DNA of 64,000 nt, from positions 109,864,001-109,928,000 of the forward strand of contig OZ024741.1 in assembly GCA_964016885.1 (NCBI GenBank). Direction: 5' to 3'. The notes beneath the pieces were generated by a model. It worked only from the letters and a program-made list of their open reading frames with translations, was not told the DNA's origin and did no database searches. Shown here one piece after another: positions 39,222 to 55,842 of the stretch. Numbering within the stretch: position 1 is the stretch's first letter; the number at the start of each line of letters is the position of its first letter. A program made the position numbers and the translations under genes. This DNA comes from Eledone cirrhosa (taxonomy: Eukaryota).

Positions 39222-39563
39222 TATAAAGTATGTCCATAGAATCATTTGATAAGATATATACACCATCTCTCCCAATCAGCATAATCAACCACACAAAAAA
39301 ACAATTAAACCAGGTTATAAGATTAAAGGTCACCTATGAAGAAATAGTAGATAAATAAACGACAGCCATCTCTTCGCGATCAACCGCTATAGAATTTTAC
39401 CCAACATTTCAATAGCACGTGGAAATCGATTAAATATATCGTCAACCATACACAATTAGGTATAAAATTAAAGTTAGAAGAAAAAAAGCATATACACATA
39501 CCAGGATTACGTTTCTACCCTTAGGGTATCGTTCGCTTTCGGAAATATCCTATCAAGGATAAC

Positions 39564-39722
39564 TTCTCGAGCTTCGAACTCATCAGGAAACAAACTCACT
39601 TGGAATAAGATTTTTCTTAAATGATCCCCGCCAGAAACGAATTCTCGAGCTTCGAACTCATCAGGAAACAAACTCACTTGGACTAAGATTTTTCTTAAGT
39701 GATCCCCGCCAGAAACGAATTC
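39564..39722. repeat. 78-bp tandem duplication
   Basis: ttctcgagcttcgaactcatcaggaaac...ccagaaacgaa starts at 39564 and at 39642. Confidence 0.85.
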
Positions 39723-41119
39723 AAAATGGCTAAGAACTGTGACGTGGCAGTGGTCAAGTCAGAAGAATGTGATTGGTGCCTTACGGCGAGTGGGCTATAT
39801 ATATATACATGTGTGTGTGTGTCTGTGTCTGTGTTATGGCATAAAGAATTGCGCAATAAAAGAGAAAAATACATATCTTATATGAATAACTATTTCAGAA
39901 TTTTATCTTATTTATTGTAAGTTGATTCCAAAATAATCAAACGTGTTCCCCTTATTCTTAACGAATGAAGTACTATTGGAATTCCGATACCGAATTTATT
40001 TTACTGTATTTTAAATTCTTCAATAATTAAATCTTCATTGTAGATACTATTTCTAAATTAATAAACAAAAAGGTTTATGAAGCACGTGGAAAACTGAAAT
40101 TTTTAAGTATATTTTTGCTATTGAACAGGAATTCTCAACCATTTTTGTGTCATCGTTCACTTTCACATGGAAAAATGTTCCACCACCCACCTGTATAGTA
40201 AATATTTAAAAGCATACCAAAAGTGTTTGGTATAAGTTTGTTGCTGGTTCATTATTCCAATATAGCCTCCTGCTATTTTTATACAGGTTCTTTGCATATC
40301 TCCTTTGAGTATGGGGGAGGGGAGAGTAAATACCTTCTTAATACTTAAAATCCTATACCACCCATCAAACTTTGCAAACGGCCACCTTTTTCTGTTTGGC
40401 TGCTCATCGCCCACATAACAGTTGAAATCACCCACCGGTCGGGGATATCACCCAGGTTGGGAAACTGTGCTATAGAGTAAAGAACCACGTCGCATCACTT
40501 ATCACTATAAAACACTTGTAATTAAATCGGGGATATAATCCTTTGTTTGACTCGAACTTATATCTGCCTATATGCTGGAAAACTATGTTACTATTACATG
40601 GGCAGAGAACATGAGCAATTGCACCAATGCTTATCTATATGATACAGTATGTCTATGATTCTCATCAAGAAAAACGTGACGTCTGTGGGTCACGAATCCT
40701 TGTCCGTGCATTACTCGGAAGCTGACTACTGAGTCACAGCTCAACAGCTTTCATCACAAGGTTAAAAGGTTGTCACTGTGATAATCAAGGAATCCCATCT
40801 ATTTGAAATTAGAGTAATCCTTCTGCTAGACAGATTGTCAACCAAGTCTAACAAGCACTGTTTATATTTCTTTCTTTTTTTATTGCCGTTGATTATTCTG
40901 AGTTTGGCCACTCTTTAACGGGTTTTGTTTTTTCAACCCATAGGGTGTTAAAAAAGGACTCTCCTCACGAAGCAAGCTTGGTAGGACTACCGGTTTAGTC
41001 ACCGGTGATCAGGTTTTCAATTAAGAGTAAATGATGAGAGATAATGTTGTTATGTTATACTATCGAATGTATTAGCCTATATTTGATTCCAATAAAATCC
41101 AGAAGCCAATAAACACGAT

Positions 41120-43000
41120 ATGTTTGAATTCAATTCCTGCCGAGGTTGACTTTCCCTTTCATACATCCGGGGTGCATAAAATAAAGTGACAGTCAAATAC
41201 TGGGGTCGATATAATAGACTTTCTCTTCGTCTAAATTACTGGTACTATGCCTAAATTAGAAATCATTATCATTGTAGAAATCATAAACACTAATCCTAAA
41301 GTTAACTACATTTTCACAAAAGAAAGATTTTAATATATATCAACATAGAGCAGATGACTCAAAAGTGTCATTACCTCCGAGGGAAGTAGCACACTTTTCC
41401 GTTTCAAATTTTCCTTAATTTCGTTTTTACTTTTGATGAATTCTCTTTTTCCTGTTTTCAATTTTGGTAAATTCCGTTTCTTTCCATTTTCTTATATTTC
41501 ATGGGTAAATTGTAATAACTTGTATAACCCTAACCCTAACCCTAACCCTAATATATTATTAAAACAAGGCCAAATTACCAAGTTTTAAGAAAATATTAGT
41601 CACGAAAATTGTTCTGCCACGTGTCATAGAAAAGTAGCTTCCGGGCCGCGCGTTTAAGACCTTTTGATATAGATTAAGTTTGATTAAAGGATGTTAACTA
41701 CACCTTCACAAAGGAAAAGTTTTTTTTAACAAATAACAACTCAGAGATATTCATGTGAAATACTTGCTGATCAACTCAACCTTTGTCTTCACAACCCCAC
41801 TACTGAATTCCATACAGTGATGTGATTGGCAACTATCAATTTTATCGAAACAAGTCGTGAGTGAAATTGAGTAGACAGAAAATGGGGAATCCCACCGGAT
41901 GGATTCTACTCGTAATTTAAATGTCCAGCCTTGTTAAATACTGTGTGACGCTGATGCGAGCTGAGAGCTACATAATGAGTAGAGGTGTCCACGAATACTT
42001 AGCCACACACATATTAATTGAAATTGTAGGTATTTCAGTTGATCGAATAATTGAAGGATCATCATTTAAACTGGCAAAAATTCATCATATCGATATCAAA
42101 GATGATGTAATATTTTCCATTGATTAAGTGTGGTGGATTGGCTGAATTGGCAGAACGTCAGATAAAATGCTATCACGGTATTTGTTCCGGCTCTTTACAT
42201 TCTGAGTTCAAATCCCACCGAGGTCAACTTTACTTTCATTCTTTCGGGGTCGATAAAATATAGTGCCAGTCAACTATCGAATCGATTTACTTGACTTACC
42301 CTTTCCCCAACATTGCTGACCATGTGCCAATATTAGAAAGGATTATATTATTTACCAAAACGCTACGAGGCGACGAATTGATAGGGCTGCAAGATCGTTG
42401 GATTGGATGCCTAACTTATTTGTCCCGAATCTCTATGCTCCGAGTTCAAATCCCGCTGTGGTCCGCTTTTCTTTCACATATTTTCGAAGTTGATATAGTA
42501 CCTGACCAAGATGGTTGGTTGGTTGGTGATATTGATACGTCAGACGGGATTTTCTTGTGGTACCTCTTTCAGTCCGTGGCATTTTGAACTTCTAGTCACT
42601 TGAACCAAATTATATTGGTCATTGTCTTTCCCTTGAACAACAGAAATGCCGTACAGAATGTAAACTTAGAAAAATGCAGGTCTTCCACAAAAAATATGTC
42701 CCAGGCCTACGCTTTAGAGAAGAACTTTGAAGGTGCAAATCCATGGTCTAACGGGACATATGAAAGCTCTCGACGGTCATTATTCAAGTACTACAAGGCA
42801 GAGTCTTTAGAGCGTTGGACAAAATGCTTTGAGGCATTTAGCTACGATCGTACGTTTTGAGATTAAATTCTGCTCAGGTCAACAGAGCCTTTCATCTTTA
42901 CGGAGTCGATAAAATAAAATACCAGTAATGCACTTGGGGCCATTTAATCCACTTTCACCTCTCCCAAAATTGTTGACTGTGTGCCTAAATTAGAAACCAT
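41120..43000 (+). mobile_element. Several older SINE copies (41120-41270, 42128-42345, 42365-42500, 42800-43000)
   Basis: B-box and core motifs of the main SINE family. Confidence 0.65.
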
Positions 43001-43179
43001 TATTTACGTGCTATAATAATGGCTCTCGTAGTCTACAAAACAGTGAAACAGAAAAAGAAAATATTTTCATGGGATAAACAACGCTTACTTTGCTTCTAAA
43101 GGATACAGGCCACTGGTCGCAAACTACAATTGTCTAATATACTTATGATACAAGGAGAATGGTTGTATAACATTATAAC

Positions 43180-43500
43180 AGGGGTCTCAAACTCAAAGAC
43201 TCAAAAGGAACATTACGTCATGGGGATACGGGGATAAGCTCAGCGAGCCAAAAGTGATATGAGTGAGGGAGGAGGGATTTCCAACAGTTAAAATGCTAAT
43301 CTACATTATAGCTGGTAGGCTGCTATCTCTTTATTTATTTATTTATTCCATTTTATTATATTTCATGGCTAAATTGCAATATTTTGTACTATAAATATCA
43401 TTAAAACAGGGACAAATTACTAAGATTTAGGAAAATATTAGTCATGAAAATTGTTATGCCACGGGCCATAGAAAAGTAGTTTGCGGGCCTTGTTTAGGAA
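43180..43500 (+). mobile_element. hAT-type MITE; second copy at about 41350-41665
   Basis: CAGGGGTCTCAAACTC terminus at 43180; 43350-43495 matches 41490-41655, which ends gggccgcgcgtttaagacc. Confidence 0.55.
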
Positions 43501-43973
43501 AAGAAGTCAAGAGGTTAAATGAACGATATCCTTCAAACATTAGCGATTAATTTAAAATCCAGCCCTCTCAAAGCTTTTGTTGTTTACGCCAAGGACAGCT
43601 CTGGTCGAGTAAAAGGAATACCAGGCGTGACAACCCACATTGGTTTCCTGTGTACAGGGAGCGCAGGACTATATGAACCAACATATTCTTTTTCATAATT
43701 GTAGCGTGGGATTTGACGGGGATCTAACTGCTGTTTCTAACAGTTGAAACCGATCGTTCAGACGGGTAAACCGTAGTTAGGACAAGTGGCAATGAAATGG
43801 AACTACCAGTAATCGAACCATCCTTTCAGATTTCATTTTATTTTTTAACGGGGTAATGAAAACATTTCACAGAATTATATTAATATAAACATGTAAATAT
43901 CTGTAAGCATACCTATATATGTTTAAGAGCATTACGTATGCACATATGTGTGAGTGTGTGTGTGCGCGCGCGC

Positions 43974-44123
<150 letters not shown>

Positions 44124-44494
44124 ATAAATGACTAAATGAGTTAAAGTGGCCGCCATTGCTGCCATCGCCGCCACTACTACCAGCCCAACTAAAATGTCCG
44201 CCAGCAAGACAACAGTTTACAGTCAATTCAGTAAAGAAGTCGGTCAAATATACTTCTCATATGTCTCCTTTGATAAAACTAAAGAGACGGACTGGTTGTG
44301 AGGGGTGGGGGATGGAGGAAAGGTCGAGGGGTATTAGGAGGTAGGGAGACGGTGTGGGGTAAGATAACAGAAAAAGAAGACAGATGCCTTTTTTCTATCT
44401 ACCCTATTTTCTTCATATACATATATATCCATGTGTATGTGTGTATAAATATTATATATATATATATATATAATATATATATATGTGTGTGTGT

Positions 44495-44531
<37 letters not shown>

Positions 44532-45329
44532 GTATATATGCATACATATATATTTATATATATGATATGATCAATCCCGCTGCGCGGCATATTGATTGTC
44601 TTCGACTGTAGCCTCCGGTTGACCAATACTTTATGAGTGGAATTTGATAGCCGGAAACTGCCTCGAAGCTCGGCGTAACCCCTCCCCCCAACCAGCACCA
44701 CCACCACCACATACACAGAAACAATTGTATTTATATGCATATATGTTTGTATGTATATTATATATATATCTATGTGTGTGTGTGTATGTATATATATATA
44801 TATAGATAAGGGTAAAAAAAGTTGTAAAAAACCCCTTCGGTCACGAATAACCATAGGATTTGTACCTAGAAAGTTCCGCTCCGCGGCACAAGTTCGGGCA
44901 ATATTGTTTGTGGAAGACCAGCAGTCACCCATGCTTAGCGGTCTCCCCTCTCCACGCCACCGATGTTGTCCAAGGGAAAGGCAATGGCCGTTAAAGCTTG
45001 GCACCAGTGACGTCGCAACTCATTTCTACAGCTGAGTAAACTAGAACAACGTGAAATAAAGTATATATATGTAGATGTATGTATATATGAATAAAGTTGT
45101 TTGCCACAAACACTGAGGCTTGGATTAACGTTTCTTGTCTGAGCATGTGCATGCATCCCCCATCTCTCCCCCTCTCTCTGTGTATGTGTGTCAGTGTGTT
45201 GCTACTCCTACGAGCTTCAGTTTGAAATGTGTGTGTTCACGCGTGCGTGTGTCTTTATGTCTCGTTTCCCCTCCAAGTTTTTGTGCGTACATGTGTCCTT
45301 TCTTTTTGTCTCTCTTGCTGGTCACTAGG

Positions 45330-46040
45330 TAGTTGCTATCCTTTTTTTTTTTTTTGTATTCAATGTTTATATGTGTGAGGGAAAGTTTCGCTGTGTATCC
45401 TATTAGAATTGTTGTTAGGTTTCCTTATATTGCCCTTAGTTGCAATTTTGTGGGGTTGTTATTCTGTTCATGCTTTCGCTTTACTTTCTGTTATATTCAG
45501 TTATATGTGGCACTTCCGTAATCTGTCTATGCAGTGCATCTGTTCGGTGAGTGTAGATATAATTTTTATTTCAATGTGTTCTAATTTGGCATGTTGGTAG
45601 AGCACGGACGAGTTTTTATCATTTTAAAGTTCTCGCCAGTGTTCCTTCATCCTTTCTGCGAGCCGTCTCGTCTCTATATGTTGTGATCCTATTTCTAGAT
45701 TGTATTTCTATGTATCTTATGCTATAAACTACCTTCCTAGTTTTATAGATTAACCGTAGGCTTATTTTGTTGACTATACAGAGTTTTATAAAGATTTTAA
45801 AAACTTTTTGCAGATCAGGGTTTTTACGAGATGCTTGACTTTTCTAACATCTTAATATTTGAGTTTAATTCATCTAAAACCTTTCTGAAACTATATGCTA
45901 GTTCGCTGCAGGGGGTGTAGCAGCAACGGACATCACAATCTGTATATTTTGCTGCCATACTACGAGTTGGTGGATAAGGTCAACACCGAACAGATGCAAT
46001 GCTCAGAGAGATTACGGAAGTAATACATATAACTGACCCG
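45330..46040 (-). mobile_element. Decayed Nematis-like PLE fragment with an inverted 5' piece
   Basis: 45545-45965 is homologous to 20135-20590; 45497-45550 is duplicated inverted at 45984-46036. Confidence 0.6.
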
Positions 46041-46704
46041 TTGAATGGATTAGCTACCCAACAATAATAAACTGGAGTGAAACTTAACTACTTCGGATGT
46101 TTTTATTTGCAGCATGTCCCTCATAAAGTATAACAATGTACACAGACAGACACAGAGGCACAGACATCCCCCACACACACATACACCCAGAAACACACAC
46201 ACACACACATACACACACATATATGTATATATATGTGTAGTCATATATATTTATAGATAGATAGATAGATACATATATATGCATACGTATATATGTATGT
46301 GTGAATATATATATGTGTATATGTATATAGGTGTGTATATAAATATATATATGTGTGTGTGTGTGTGTGCATATATATATGGGGGGGGTATGTATGTGTG
46401 TGTGTACCTATCTAAGTAAGATCTGGTATTAGGGAGACTAGTCTCTAAGAAATATTGACATGTTAATATAAACGAAGGCACGGTTCTACTTTTCCAAACA
46501 TCTGAAGTAAGGAAATGTAGAAACATATAACGTAATTTTTATGAATACTGTATATATACATATAAACATTATAAATAGACGAAGAGACACTCATACATTC
46601 ACACAAACATATGTGAACATGCAGTCATGTAAACACATGTATGTTTACATGAATGTATGTATGTATTTATTACGTAGCAATGTATGTGCTTTTGTATATA
46701 TATA

Positions 46705-47682
46705 TGTAGCCCGCCGATAACCTCCGCAGACTCCTGGTACGCAGTTCCTTCTCGTTCTCTCCTACGACTCCACCCGGCTCTCGTCCGTGTTCTCGTCCCC
46801 ACTGTAACACTTGTCCTTTCATTTCCAATCTCACCACTCTCACAGGCCCAAACGGTTCATTCCGTATCCGCCATTCTTCAACTGCCCTCCAGTGTTCCCT
46901 TTGCATCGGCCTTTTTGCGGACCGTTTTGCTGAACATTTGAGGGACATGTCTCAGTCCTGGGTGTCCTATTACATTACGGATCACATGCCTCGCGCACCA
47001 GGACTGAACAGAGTCTGATTTACCGCCTTGGGACTTGTTTCCCTCATGGACTCAACTCATCTCCCCAATTTCTTTAATACCCCGTCCGTTATCACACACG
47101 CACTTGTACATTCATCCCTAGATTCCTATGGCTCTCCTATACTCAAAAACATATACACTTACAGCTGATACAGACCAAGAAAATACGCGCACACATCCTC
47201 TACTTTTCCTTTGACAGCTCTGTATACATACACACACTCCCTTATATTAACATACATTTGCTCACAGCTTCGTACTTACAAGCACACACACTTTTATTTA
47301 CATATACACACACACACCTATCCTCTTAGCTTCGTACGGACGTATAATAATATACACACGCGCGCGCACACACATACACAGGCGCGCGCATACGCATTCG
47401 CATACGTATGTCCTATAGCTCTATATACAAAACGTTTTTTTTCCATTTCAGGTAGACGCGCTCCATCAACCACTTTTCTAAAAAAAAGTATATCATCCAC
47501 AAAACGCCAGCATCAACAGTTTTCAAAGAGATGGCAACATGAATGGATCTGCTATTTTTCTCTAAAAACATTTTTTCCGATCCGCCCTGCCCGTCCCTTC
47601 AATCTTTCTAATTTCTCATTCTTTCTTCTGATGAATGACAAACATCCGAAACGTTAAGACCCTCTCCCTGCTATTTCAAGCA
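46705..47682 (+). mobile_element. Decayed Neptune-like PLE 3' end with family-B hammerhead
   Basis: DNLRRLLVRS...GSRPCSRPHCNTCPFI...GPNGSFRI; DRFAEHLRD; EQSLIYRLGTCFPHGLN; TCTT-CTGATGA...GAAAC-GTT-AAGA at 47624-47659. Confidence 0.7.
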
Positions 47683-47684
47683 TC

Positions 47685-48175
47685 CTGTCGCCACAGTGAC
47701 GGCCGCCTTCCACGCCATGCTGCCCTCAACGAGGTCATAAAGCATGGTTTGGACGCTGCACTGGACCGAGGGGCCGGCAAAAGGCCAGACGGTATGACCA
47801 TCTTCCCGTTCTGTGGTAGCAAACCCTTCATCTGGGATGCCACTTGCAGCGGCACTTTCTCCAGCCGCAACCTGGTGCAGTCTGCGACTAACCCAGGTAC
47901 TGCTGCACGTCGGGCTGAGGAGGCCAAACTCACCAAGTTTCGATCGCTCTCCGACCGGTTCGCGGTCGTGTCCTTGGCAGTGGAGACTTCTGGTGGCCTT
48001 GGCCCTAGGGCTACCTCCCTATTCACCACCATAGGCGCTAAGCTGGCCAGCCGCATGTGTGAGCCTCGCGCGTTCGAATGCCTCTTCCAGCGCATCTCCC
48101 TTTTCATCCTCCGGGGAAACGCTTTCTCCATTCCGTCCACCGGGGCTGTGGGGAGGCCAGCACGTGGGACCCCAT
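47685..48175 (+). mobile_element. CRE-type non-LTR retrotransposon C-terminal restriction-like endonuclease fragment
   Basis: RHAALN...KRPDG...WDATC...AEEAKLTK...LAVETSGGLG...FQRISLFILRGNA; GC-rich island. Confidence 0.8.
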
Positions 48176-48565
48176 TAGCTCACCATACGGATTAAGACAT
48201 ATAACCTCTATTTTTCTTAGGGTTTGTTTGTGTCCGCAATTTGTAAAATCATTCAGTAATTATAGACACCTTTATTGTCTTGTGGATTCAATAAATAATC
48301 TTATTTGAATAAAAAAAAACAAAAAAAATCTAATATATTCCTTCCATATGAGGGTTTGCTGAAACAACGTGCCTATGCTGTAAGAATACGAATATATCTA
48401 CTTATAATAACGAGAGAGGTATGTGTGTGTGTATTTGTGCATATAAATGTGCGTGGTTGTGTAAGTATGTGTGTATAGTATGTATGTGTAACCTACATAT
48501 GAGTAGTCCATATGGTTATGTTGAATATGTATACTTACACACCACTGATTTATGTTTGTGTTTGA

Positions 48566-48662
<97 letters not shown>

Positions 48663-48893
48663 CGCGTGTGTGTATGTGTGTGAGTGTGTGTGTATGCAAT
48701 TAAAGTCAATTTTATGTAAAGGGCAGAGCGCTAGTGGAGGTAGAAAGCTGTGTGGGGTGTATTGTGTGCCGGTAGAGTAATAAAATGACTGTGACAATAG
48801 CCACAGGCAATGTTCTAATTAGATCTAATGTGGTTAAGTATATAGCCCAAGCCCTTTCTCCCCGCCCGCTCACACAAACACACACACACACAT

Positions 48894-48955
<62 letters not shown>

Positions 48956-49024
48956 AGGACCCATATATTTATACACAAATTATACATTATTCCACAGCTT
49001 CAGCTACTTGCATACATGTATATA

Positions 49025-49212
<188 letters not shown>

Positions 49213-49828
49213 AAAATACCTATATGTGTGTATAGATGGTGCGTACATTGATTTTTTTTTTTAAATATCTCTATGTGTGTATTGATGGTACATACATATA
49301 TTTATTATTTTAATATCCAATTGAGTTCTTAAACACGTGGTTAAAATACCTAACAGGCTTCACTGACCAGCGTGTATATTATTTTATATTGTACGATGAC
49401 CTCCCCTTTCCCTTTTGGGGACAGTGTGAATTTTCTAATTGAAGGGACTACTGGCTTTTCGAATCTAGCTGTCCTTCTAGCAATGACAGAGACCATCACT
49501 AATTATTAATATCGATATTGCATGGGCATCCACCGAGGAGTTATAAGGGCCCGCTTGTGTATAAAACTATGGATTATATACAAGTTTCTACATAACCTGG
49601 ACATTATTTATCCCAACTTGTAGAAATCTTATAACGAAACGATCGTATGGAAGGAAAGAGATATTTATTTAATTATGTCTCATATAAAATAATACAACCA
49701 GCTATCCACAGAATACTGTATAGTTAGCACCCCAAACACTAAGTTGGGATAATACTTAGGTATATCCTAATGTTTGTTGAGTGAGATGGAGTTGGTCAGA
49801 GTATCGCTTAAAGCTTTCTCTGTTAATG

Positions 49829-49900
<72 letters not shown>

Positions 49901-50289
49901 CATATATATATATACACACACACATATATATATATATGTGTGTGTGTGCGTGTACATACATATATATATATACATACATATATATATATATGCATATACA
50001 TTATTCCACAACCTTAGCTATATACGTATACATGTACAGACACACACACATACACACATATATATATATAATATATGTTGAAATGGAAATATCTATATAT
50101 TTGTTTGTATTACCTATTGAGGTCTGTATCTGTGTTTGTCTGTTTGTAACCGTATTTCTATATCTATTAGTATTAGTCCAGTTTTTTAAACCCAATTTTA
50201 TATTAAATATTAACCCAATAGGTACTCAATACGGGTTAGCAGTTTAATGCTTCGGCTCTGGTGCCTCTTCAGCAAAAAAATAGATGTTA

Positions 50290-50480
50290 TATAGAGCTTC
50301 AAATCCTTCGACCTTATAATTACTATAGACACTAATGTAACGTCAGTAAACTTTCTAGATGTTACTCAGGACCTAAGTAGTAACATACAAGTCCTTTAGA
50401 AAGAACAAAAAATATAACGATACTTTTATTGATATTAGCTTCTGTCAACCCCACCCCACCTCCACTCACATCGTGCATAA
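50290..50480 (+). mobile_element. Decayed Naiad-like RT-thumb fragment
   Basis: FKSFDLIITIDTNVTSVNFLDVT, similar to the peptide at about 18980-19060. Confidence 0.5.
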
Positions 50481-51378
50481 AAATTTAGTATCTAACATTA
50501 AATATTAATTTTAAATGTTCAGCAAATTTTCTCAAAAGTTTTATGAATTTTCTGAAATTTCCAATAAATTTCCCTAAGAATATTTCATAAAAATTTCCTA
50601 TAAAATTTTCAGGAAATTGTTCATAAATCTTTTCCCAAAACTTCTTCAAAATATTTCCAAAGCATTTCACCAAACATTTTCTCAAAAATTTCATCAAAAC
50701 TTTTCCGAATAATTTCTTCAATGTTTAAAAAAAAATATATCATTAAAATATTTCCCGAAAATTCCTACGAAATTTTTTCCACAAATTTCTTGAAAAACTT
50801 TTTTAACTAATTCACTGAGCATTTTCCTGAAACCTTACATGAAGATTTCATCAAAATCATTTTACAAGAATTTTTATCTAAATTAAGAAAACAGAAAATC
50901 ATTAAAAGTTCATTACAAACATTCCCCCAAATGTTGCCATATTAATCTTCTTTGCGTGCGGAGAAGTGAGTTCTGAGAGTGTCCCACAACAATTTAATCT
51001 GATACTCAAACGACTCAACAGACACGATAGTGTAAGTTTCAACTCTAGTTTTAAAGTTATGATATATATATCTAAGTCGAATTTCATTTTTCGCGTTTGT
51101 TTACTTAAAGTAAATCTTCGAATTCCAGGCTTGATTTCTCAGATTATATGAAGTATCACAGAAGCATTTTGCAATTATTTTCGTCAATGTTAAATTTGTA
51201 TTAGATATTTGCAAAAGAGTAATTAATTCACATTTTTAAAAGGGGTTTTTATCAATATTTAACCAATTAATCATGCATACGTCCACACATACACACACGC
51301 ACACACACGCACACGCACACACACACGCACACACACACGCACACACACACACACACACACATACACACACACACACGC

Positions 51379-51423
<45 letters not shown>

Positions 51424-51429
51424 TATATA

Positions 51430-52820
<1,391 letters not shown>

Positions 52821-52829
52821 ATATATATA

Positions 52830-53357
<528 letters not shown>

Positions 53358-53359
53358 TA

Positions 53360-53515
53360 AAAGCTAAACAGAAATAACAACACAATCGGTACAGTATTTG
53401 GAAGGTATATATTAGGTTAACGCTTGATATAGCAGGAAGAGGGTCGTAACGTTTCGGACGCTAGTCCTTCACCAGAAGAAAGAATGAGAAATAAAATAGA
53501 TTGAGGGGACGGGCA
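53360..53515 (-). mobile_element. Family-B pseudo-LTR fragment with mutated hammerhead; another copy at 53850-54035
   Basis: Homologous to 34345-34500; cores read CTGGTGA and CTGATAA. Confidence 0.6.
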
Positions 53516-54244
53516 CCTGCGTACTACGTCGAGTGCTCCAACCTGCATATCGAGGTGTCGGTAAACAACCAACACATACTCAATATATATATATACACAC
53601 ACACACGCATGAATAGTTCTGATTATAAATATATGGAGCACTCATCATTCTTGTTTAAGCACACACACACACATGCACGCACATACATACACACGCACAC
53701 ACACACACACGTCACACACACGCACGCACACACATACACACATACACGTATATATATATATCTTGTTTAGGCAAGAATGATGAGTGCTCCATATATTTAT
53801 AATCAGAACTATTCATGCGTGTATATATATATATATATATATATATGCAAAAAGTAGAGAAAAACAACACAGCAAACAACACAGTGCAACGAAGAAATGT
53901 GTTAGTTTGACGATTGATATAGTAGGAAAAGAGTCTTTATATTTCGGACACCAATCCTTTATCAGAAGATAGAATAAGAAATAAATGATGAGAGGGTGAA
54001 GAGAAGGGAAAGGGAAAAGTTTTTTGAGAAAAAACACTTATGAATTCAGTCAGCCATTTTGTGGATATATATATTTATGTGTGTGTGTGTTTGTGTGTGT
54101 GTGGGTGTGTGTGTGTGTGCGTATGTGTGTGCGTGTGTGTGCATGCGTGTGAGTACGTGTGTGTGTGTCAATCATCACATATTTACACAGTTAAGTGCCT
54201 AGAACACAGACACACACGCGCGCGCACACACATACTATATATAT

Positions 54245-54265
54245 ATGTCCTGCGTCTCCAACAGA

Positions 54266-54323
<58 letters not shown>

Positions 54324-54417
54324 TCTGTTGGAGACGCAGGACATGGCAGCGATAATGAGGGACAGAGACCGCTAGAGAGAACTCGTCCATGGATCTCGGG
54401 AATTTTACCCGCCCTAG
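54245..54417 (+). mobile_element. 3' end of the 33.2-33.6 kb LINE with an inverted duplicate across (TA)n
   Basis: 54321-54417 matches 33489-33586; 54245-54268 is the reverse complement of 54321-54344. Confidence 0.8.
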
Positions 54418-54641
54418 ATATATATATATATGTATATATATATCTTTCAGAGATGATGGACTCCGCTAGGTTTTAAACAGTGCCCTAGATACGTTGTATG
54501 CCAACGCGATGCCCCACATCTTCCTCAGGAGTTGCGAGTCCATACATACTTATATACATATATCGTATATATATATAGAAATGCACACACACTCCCACCC
54601 ACATACACATATTTATATATAAATATATATACATACACATA

Positions 54642-54761
<120 letters not shown>

Positions 54762-54868
54762 TGATAGATAGATAGATACATAGATAGATATAGATATACA
54801 TATACACATATATGTATATATGTATATATATACTTATATATAAACATATATATACATATATATGCGTG

Positions 54869-54949
<81 letters not shown>

Positions 54950-55389
54950 CATATATACATATATATAGTAACATTTATATGCACACACATATTTACCTCC
55001 ATGTATACACACATAGGCATACACACATATGTGTGTATGAGTAATTATATATAATTACGTACATAATTGCACGTAATATAAGGCCTGTCTGTTGTCCCGT
55101 AGTTACAAAAAATACAAGGGAGGTAATTATGTATACACCCAGCTGGCACCTATACGTTCGTCGCACTATATTCATAAACAACTAAATTTACTCCTCTTGT
55201 CTTAAAATACTAAACAGATATTTATTGAAGTTCGGACATTTTATTCATAAGACCGGCAAAATAAGCATAGAGATATAGGTATGTCTTTATAATTATACAG
55301 CACACCAGAGTTGTAATTGGAAGCTTTACCTGCCCAACTTCTCTCCCTGTCCATATATAGATAGATTTGTCTGTATATATGCAATATAT

Positions 55390-55474
<85 letters not shown>

Positions 55475-55842
55475 CATATGTATATATATATACATATGTA
55501 TGTGTGTATGTATGATTGTATGTATATATGTATGTATGATTATACGTATGTATGGTCGCTTTCTCTTAATTTTGAGTTTATTTTTGACTGGCCACCTTCC
55601 CCATGGCAAGGTTGTAAAGAAAAAGTTATTTACGACGTTCCTTTTGTAAAGATTCATCCTTTGAATCGTAAACATTATTTTACAGATTTAAAACTTTCCA
55701 GATATCTCGGCCATTTGTAGCTTATGAATTAAGGAACTACGCTCTTTCTCCACAAAGCCAAGTTCCATTACATTTTGGTCCAGGTGAGTTGGTATATAAC
55801 CTGTAGCTTCAACAATATTCAAACAATAATATCAGACCGGTT

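Noticed and set aside
41525-41550. (TAACCC)4 telomeric repeat
   Set aside because: Only four copies, inside a MITE; not a chromosome end.
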